Source: Candidatus Susulua stagnicola
GTDB taxonomy: Bacteria > Omnitrophota > Gorgyraeia > Duberdicusellales > 4484-171
DNA: 51,519 nt
Assembly: GCA_030765735.1 (NCBI GenBank)
Contig: JAVCBZ010000085.1
Coordinates: 1 to 51,519 of the forward strand
Direction: 5' to 3'
The position numbers and the translations under genes are program-made. The notes beneath the pieces were generated by a model. It did no database searches. It had not been told where the DNA came from and worked only from the letters and a program-made list of their open reading frames with translations. Positions 46,402-51,519 of the stretch are shown here, one piece after another. How positions within the stretch are numbered: position 1 is the first letter of the stretch; the number at the start of each line of letters is the position of its first letter.

Positions 46402-47694
46402 ATGATAGAAAGATATACGCCTAAAGAGATTGGTAATATTTGGAAGGAAGAAGAGAAGTTTGAACGTTTTTTAAAAATTGAAGCTTTACTTTGTGAAGCT
46501 TTGGAAAAGGAAAAGAAAATACCTCAAGGTACTAGTAAGGCTTTCGATAAGGTAAAAATCTCTCCTCAGAAGATAAGAAAGATTGAAGAAAAAACCCATC
46601 ATGACATTATTGCTTTTTTAAAACATGTTTCAGATCAGCTTGGAGATAAAGCTCAATATTTGCACATAGGTTTGACTTCATCTGACCTTCTTGATACAAC
46701 TTTAGCTTGGCAGATAAAAGATGCTACTAAAATTATTTTAAAAGATCTTGATTTGGTTTTAGGAGAAGTTAAGAAAAAAGCTATTAAATATAAAGATACT
46801 CTTTGTATCGGCCGAACTCATGGTGTTCATGCTGAAATTTATAGCTTTGGTCTTAAATTTTTATATCTTTATAATGATCTAAGCCATGAGCGTAGAATTT
46901 TAGCTGAAAGTTTAAAATATGTTGCTTGTGGTAAGGCTTCAGGTGCAATAGGAACATTCGTTTATTTTCAGCCAAAGGTTGAAGATTATATTTGTAAAAA
47001 AATTGGTATAAATAGAGCTAATATCTCTACACAGATAGTCTCGCGTGAGAGAATTGCTTATTATTTGTTTGTTCTTTCTTTGATCGGGTCTACTGTTGAA
47101 CGGTTTGCTACTGAGATTAGGCATTTGCATCGTAATGAAGTTGATGAAGTCAAAGAACCTTTTTATCAGGGCCAGAAAGGATCAAGTGCTATGCCTCATA
47201 AGCAAAATCCTATTATTTGTGAAAGACTTTGTGGTTTAGCTAGGTTGCTTAGAGCTAATTCTATAGCTGCTTCAGAAAATATAAATCTTTGGCATGAGAG
47301 AGATATATCACATTCATCAGTTGAAAGGGTAATTATTCCTGATTCAACGATAACTGTAGATTATAGTTTACAAAAGTTTAGAGAAGTAATTAAAAATTTA
47401 AAGGTTAATCCTAAAAACATGTTAAAGAACATAGAGCTTAATCGGGGTATTGTTTATTCACAAAAGGTACTTATTAATCTGATGAATAAAGGATTATCCC
47501 GAATGGATGCTTATGATCTTGTTCAAAAAGTGGCTTTAGGGGTTATAAATAAAAGTTCAAATTTTAAAGATGAAGCCCTAGCTTCGAAAGAACTAGGAAA
47601 ATTTTTGAAAAAAGTAGAAATAGAAGCGATTTTTGATCCTTATTCTTATTTAGTTAATGTAGACAAGATTTATAAGAGATTTAGTCTAAAGTAG
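46402..47694 (+). CDS. purB: Adenylosuccinate lyase
   Basis: Fumarase/ASL superfamily signature GSSAMPHKQNP, 430 aa. Confidence 0.93.
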   Translation: MIERYTPKEIGNIWKEEEKFERFLKIEALLCEALEKEKKIPQGTSKAFDKVKISPQKIRKIEEKTHHDIIAFLKHVSDQLGDKAQYLHIGLTSSDLLDTTLAWQIKDATKIILKDLDLVLGEVKKKAIKYKDTLCIGRTHGVHAEIYSFGLKFLYLYNDLSHERRILAESLKYVACGKASGAIGTFVYFQPKVEDYICKKIGINRANISTQIVSRERIAYYLFVLSLIGSTVERFATEIRHLHRNEVDEVKEPFYQGQKGSSAMPHKQNPIICERLCGLARLLRANSIAASENINLWHERDISHSSVERVIIPDSTITVDYSLQKFREVIKNLKVNPKNMLKNIELNRGIVYSQKVLINLMNKGLSRMDAYDLVQKVALGVINKSSNFKDEALASKELGKFLKKVEIEAIFDPYSYLVNVDKIYKRFSLK

Positions 47695-47752
47695 GGCTTG
47701 TTTTTCTATTTCAATACGCATACCATAAAAATTATTTTTGATAAATGATTTC

Positions 47753-47780
47753 TTGACAAAATAATTTGGATTGATATATT
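47753..47780 (+). promoter_or_regulatory. Candidate strong promoter upstream of purL
   Basis: TTGACA (47753-47758), 16-nt spacer, TGaTATATT (extended -10, 47772-47780). Confidence 0.55.
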
Positions 47781-47806
47781 AAGAAAGGACAGAGGCGTCC
47801 TTTCTT
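47781..47806. promoter_or_regulatory. Inverted repeat AAGAAAGGAC-N6-GTCCTTTCTT abutting the -10 (operator or antiterminator arm)
   Basis: Perfect 10-bp arms. The right arm overlaps the 5' arm of the downstream terminator-like hairpin. Confidence 0.45.
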
Positions 47807-47841
47807 GGTGCGATGAAGCGAAGATGGGGACGTTTTTTTTT
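47795..47841 (+). terminator. Terminator-like imperfect hairpin plus T9 in the purL leader (possible attenuator)
   Basis: CGTCC (47796-47800) pairs with GGACG (47828-47832). Inner TCTT/AAGA and GC/GC segments. Followed by nine T (47833-47841), 46 nt before the purL ATG. Confidence 0.45.
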
Positions 47842-47887
47842 ATTGGTTTTTCTAAAAAAATAAATCAAAGCTAAAATGAGGTGTAAT

Positions 47888-50077
47888 ATGAATGGTTTAG
47901 AAGTAGCTCAAGAGTTAGGGTTAAGTGATTTAGAATATGATAAAATAAAAGAATTATTAAACCGGGAACCAAATCATACTGAATTAGGATTGTTTAGTGC
48001 TATGTGGTCTGAGCACTGTTCTTATAAAAATTCTAAAAATCTCCTAAAACTTTTACCTAAAGAAGGAAAAAAAGTTTTTATAGGGTCAGGGGAGAATTCG
48101 GGAGCAGTCTCTGTAACTAATGATTATGCAATAGTTTTTAAAGTTGAGTCCCATAATCATCCTTCAGCAGTCCAGCCCTATGAAGCAAGTGCTACCGGTG
48201 GTGGTGGTTGTATTAGAGATATTTTCTCTGTGGGGGCAACAACAAAATTTCTTTTGAGTTCTTTAAGGTTTGGTTCAATGGAGAATGAGAGAACAGTTTT
48301 TCTTTTTAAAGAAATAGCTCGAGGGTTTACTGATTATGCTAATAAAATTGGTTTTCCTGTCTTAGCCGGAGAAGTTTATTGTGATAGTTCTTATCAAGGA
48401 AACCCTTTGGTTAATGCTATGGTGGTAGGTATTTTAAAGAAAAGTAATCAGGTGAAAGCTAAAGCCGAAGGTATAGGAAATTTAGTATTGATTGTTGGCG
48501 GTCCTACTGGAAGAGATGGTGTTGAAGGGGCAAGTTTTGCCTCAGCTGGCTTAGATGAGAGTTCTGCAAGTAACATCGGTGCTGTAGCTATAGGCGATCC
48601 TGAAATAGGCAAGGTTCTAGAAAAGGCTTGTTTAGAACTGGTTGATAAGAAATTAATTGTTGGTATGCAGGACATGGGTGCAGCAGGGTTAGTTTGTTCG
48701 ACAGCGGAGACAGCCTATAATGCCGGTACTGGCATTGAAATAGACATTTCTTTTGTTCCTCGTAAAGAAGAGGGGATGACTCCTTATGAAGTTATGCTTT
48801 CTGAATCTCAAGAGAGGATGCTTATAATCATTAAACCTGAAAACTTACTTGTGGTTGAAGAGATATTTAATAAATGGAAGGTAGACTCTAAGGTTATTGG
48901 TAAAGTAATTGAGGATAAAATTTTAAGAGTAAAAGAAAACGGTAATGTAGTAGCAGAAGTTACGCCTCAATTCTTAGCAGAAGGGCCTAAATATACGCGA
49001 GAGACAAAAGAACCAGAATATTTAAAGCAAACAAGGGATTTAGGTTTAGATAAATTAAAGGAGCCTCAAGATTATAATCAAACTTTGCTTACTCTTCTTG
49101 GTCACCCTACTCTTGCTTCTAAAGAATGGATTGCCAAAAAGGTTGACAGCAATTTGCTTAAAGGTTCCTGTATTCCCGCCGGCGGAGATACTGCGGTTTA
49201 CCATATTTCTGAAATTGATAAGCCAATTGCTGCTACAGTGGACGGTAATGGGCTTTATTGTTATCTCGACCCTTTTACTGGAGGAAAAATCTCTGTAGCT
49301 GGCGCTGCAAGAAATCTCGTCTGTTGTGGGGCAGAGCCTTTGGGGGTTACTGATGGTTTGAATTTCGGTAGTCCATATAATCCGGAAGTTTATTGGCAGT
49401 TCGAGAAGGTTATTTCTGGTATTACAGAAGCTTGCAAAGCCTTGGATGTTCCAGTAGTAAGCGGAAACGTTAGTTTTAACAACGAAAGTCCTAAAGGGGC
49501 AATCTATCCTACGCCAGTAATTGGGATGGTAGGTGTAATTGCTGATGCTAAACAGGTAACCAGCCAGGATTTTAAGGATGAAAATGATTTAATCTTCTTG
49601 CTTGGAGAAAATAAAGAAGAATTAGGTGGCTCTCAATATCTAAGAGTTGTACATAATTTGGTAAAAGGCCTTTCTCCTCAATTAGATTTAGCAAAGGAAA
49701 AGGGTGTACAAGCCGCAGCCTTGGAGACGATAACCTCAGGCATAGCAAAAAGTGCTAAGGGTTGTTCCGAAGGCGGATTAGCTGTTGCCTTGGCTGAGAG
49801 TTGTATTGTTGGTCAAAAAGGAGCCAGTGTAAATATAGATGATGATATCCGCAAAGATGCCTTACTCTTTGGCGAAACTCAGTCAAGAATTATCATTAGT
49901 GTTTCTTCGGATGATAAAGATAAGATTATCGAGATAGCTAAGAAATATAATGTTAGCTGTAAAGAAATCGGAAAAGTAAAAGGAGATAGTCTAGAAATTA
50001 ATGACCTTATTAATGTAGGTGTTAGTGATCTTGATAAGACTTACAAGCAAGCTATACCTAAGATAGTAGAGAATTAA
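47888..50077 (+). CDS. purL: Phosphoribosylformylglycinamidine synthase subunit PurL
   Basis: Small-type FGAM synthase II (ESHNHPS, duplicated AIRS-like domains). ATG 47888 is preferred over 47876 because TGAGGTG sits as an RBS 5 nt upstream. Confidence 0.92.
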   Translation: MNGLEVAQELGLSDLEYDKIKELLNREPNHTELGLFSAMWSEHCSYKNSKNLLKLLPKEGKKVFIGSGENSGAVSVTNDYAIVFKVESHNHPSAVQPYEASATGGGGCIRDIFSVGATTKFLLSSLRFGSMENERTVFLFKEIARGFTDYANKIGFPVLAGEVYCDSSYQGNPLVNAMVVGILKKSNQVKAKAEGIGNLVLIVGGPTGRDGVEGASFASAGLDESSASNIGAVAIGDPEIGKVLEKACLELVDKKLIVGMQDMGAAGLVCSTAETAYNAGTGIEIDISFVPRKEEGMTPYEVMLSESQERMLIIIKPENLLVVEEIFNKWKVDSKVIGKVIEDKILRVKENGNVVAEVTPQFLAEGPKYTRETKEPEYLKQTRDLGLDKLKEPQDYNQTLLTLLGHPTLASKEWIAKKVDSNLLKGSCIPAGGDTAVYHISEIDKPIAATVDGNGLYCYLDPFTGGKISVAGAARNLVCCGAEPLGVTDGLNFGSPYNPEVYWQFEKVISGITEACKALDVPVVSGNVSFNNESPKGAIYPTPVIGMVGVIADAKQVTSQDFKDENDLIFLLGENKEELGGSQYLRVVHNLVKGLSPQLDLAKEKGVQAAALETITSGIAKSAKGCSEGGLAVALAESCIVGQKGASVNIDDDIRKDALLFGETQSRIIISVSSDDKDKIIEIAKKYNVSCKEIGKVKGDSLEINDLINVGVSDLDKTYKQAIPKIVEN

Positions 50078-50091
50078 ATCCCGAAAAAGGA

Positions 50092-51081
50092 ATGAAAATT
50101 ACCTACAAGAAAGCCGGCGTAGATATTAAAAAGGGAGAAGACTTTGCTAAAAGAATTAAAGTTGACAATGTCAGTAAGGTAGAAGCTTTTGGTTCTCTTT
50201 TTCGTCTACAACCCCTGCTTAAAAAGTACAAAAATCCCCTACTAGCATCTTCAACTGATGGTGTGGGAACAAAGTTGAAGATTGCCCAATATGTAAATAT
50301 CCATAATACAGTGGGCGTTGATTTAGTGGCTATGAATGTCAACGATATAGTCTGTATTGGAGCAAAGCCTTTGTTTTTTCTAGACTATATTGCTTGTGGC
50401 AAGGTTAATATTAAGACATTAATCGATGTTGTGTCGGGGATAAAAAGGGGCTTAGAAGATGCCGAGTGTTTACTTTTGGGCGGAGAAACTGCCGAGATGC
50501 CGGGAATGTATAAAAAAGGTGAATATGATTTAGCTGGTTTTTGTGTCGGCATTGTTGACAAAAATAAGATAATCGACGGTAGAAGGATTAAGGAAGGGGA
50601 TTTGGTAATTGGTTTGGAGTCAAATGGAATCCATTCGAATGGTTTTACTTTGGTTCGGAAAGTTTTTGGTTTGAAAGGACTTAAAAAATATAAGAAAGAA
50701 GTTTTGAAACCGACCCGGATTTACGTAAAACCAATTTTTTCCTTACTTTCAGCTCTGGGAAATAACTATTCAGCCCTGAAAGGGATTGCTCATGTTACCG
50801 GAGGAGCGTTTTACAATAAGGTAACAAAGATTCTACCTAAAGGTTACGGGGCGGTTATAGATAAGAAAACCTGGAAAGTGCCTAAGATTTTTGATATTAT
50901 TCAAAAGAAAGCCCACCTAGGCCAGAAAGAAATGTATACAGTATTTAATATGGGTATAGGCATGGTTTTAATTGTAGATAAGAAATTTTCAAAGAAAACC
51001 TTAACCACTTTAAATAAGAGCTGCAAAACTCACCTTATTGGTAAAATTATTAAGTCAAACAAAAGAATGACTATAGTATGA
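50092..51081 (+). CDS. purM: Phosphoribosylformylglycinamidine cyclo-ligase (AIR synthase)
   Basis: DGVGTKL and GGETAEMPG motifs. Confidence 0.93.
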   Translation: MKITYKKAGVDIKKGEDFAKRIKVDNVSKVEAFGSLFRLQPLLKKYKNPLLASSTDGVGTKLKIAQYVNIHNTVGVDLVAMNVNDIVCIGAKPLFFLDYIACGKVNIKTLIDVVSGIKRGLEDAECLLLGGETAEMPGMYKKGEYDLAGFCVGIVDKNKIIDGRRIKEGDLVIGLESNGIHSNGFTLVRKVFGLKGLKKYKKEVLKPTRIYVKPIFSLLSALGNNYSALKGIAHVTGGAFYNKVTKILPKGYGAVIDKKTWKVPKIFDIIQKKAHLGQKEMYTVFNMGIGMVLIVDKKFSKKTLTTLNKSCKTHLIGKIIKSNKRMTIV

Positions 51082-51519
51082 AGGTACTTATTGTCGGTTC
51101 TGGCGGTAGAGAACACTGCTTGAGTTGGAAAATATCTCAGTCTTCCTTAGTCGATAAGCTTTATTGTGCTCCCGGTAATGGTGGTACTTCCCTAGTTGCT
51201 GAAAATGTAAATATACCAGCTAAAGATATTGATCAGCTTTTAAAGTTTGCTTTAGAAAAAAAAATAGACCTAACTGTTGTTGGGCCAGAAGATCCTTTAG
51301 TCGAAGGAATTGTTGATAGGTTTGAGGCTGAAGGTTTAAAGGTCTTTGGACCAAGGAAGGAGTTAGCACTTCTTGAAGGAAGCAAGGTTTTTGCTAAAGA
51401 GGTGATGAAAAAATATAGTATTCCTACAGCTGATTTTAAGATTTTTGATGATTCTTTACAAGCTAAGGAATATTTAAAACAAAGAGGAGTTCCGGTTGTT
51501 ATAAAGGCTGATGGATTAG
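51078..51519 (+). CDS. purD: Phosphoribosylamine--glycine ligase (3' end cut by window edge; not in the ORF track)
   Basis: ATGA overlap with the purM stop. MKVLIVGSGGREHCLSWKISQS... is open to the window end. Typical PurD N-terminus. Confidence 0.88.
   Translation, partial: MKVLIVGSGGREHCLSWKISQSSLVDKLYCAPGNGGTSLVAENVNIPAKDIDQLLKFALEKKIDLTVVGPEDPLVEGIVDRFEAEGLKVFGPRKELALLEGSKVFAKEVMKKYSIPTADFKIFDDSLQAKEYLKQRGVPVVIKADGL

Overview
AT-rich bacterial chromosomal segment with about 55 tightly packed protein genes, all on the + strand, many joined by ATGA stop/start overlaps. I saw no plasmid or prophage hallmarks. Content is mostly core metabolism and information processing: an aminotransferase-route lysine/DAP operon (lysA-dapF-x-dapA-dapB-dapL), a PEBP protein, eno-ftsB, an initiator-type tRNA-Met, uppS-cdsA-dxr-rseP-ispG, a lone CpaF-like ATPase, proS-rimP-nusA-infB-trpS-scpA, ruvB, tgt-trmD-rplS-rnhB, cyclodeaminase-folD, oxidoreductase/GuaB3-like/guaA, dnaE, HU, hisS-aspS, a LysM lipoprotein, pgpH-ybeY-recO, queF, apbE, panB, purB and purL-purM-purD (3' end cut by the window). 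The only clearly accessory stretch is about 7.5-11.6 kb. There, a 2.2-kb segment carrying only a hipB-hipA toxin-antitoxin pair is bracketed by a perfect 50-nt direct repeat of the 3' half of the initiator tRNA, with no integrase. It is followed by three unclassifiable small envelope proteins (one is a 39-aa lipoprotein absent from the ORF track) and a 470-nt non-coding gap. Other defensible oddities: (a) a GC-rich palindrome, AGCCTGCCTGCCGG(C/T)AGGCAGGGAGG, present twice and fused each time to a Shine-Dalgarno (rplS, hisS); (b) a perfect 23-bp inverted repeat filling the scpA-ruvB gap; (c) a purL leader combining a strong promoter, an operator-like or antiterminator-like palindrome, and a hairpin plus T9 tract; (d) domain-minimised aminoacyl-tRNA synthetases (ProRS without the INS editing domain, AspRS without the GAD insertion) and a TrpRS with a Cys4 motif. 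I found no CRISPR array, rRNA, transposase, integrase or recognisable defence enzyme apart from the HipA kinase. I cannot confidently claim a novel multi-gene system; the tRNA-flanked islet with its downstream membrane-protein cluster, and the repeated SD-fused palindrome, are the best candidates. All protein calls rest on motif recognition in the supplied translations, not on database searches.
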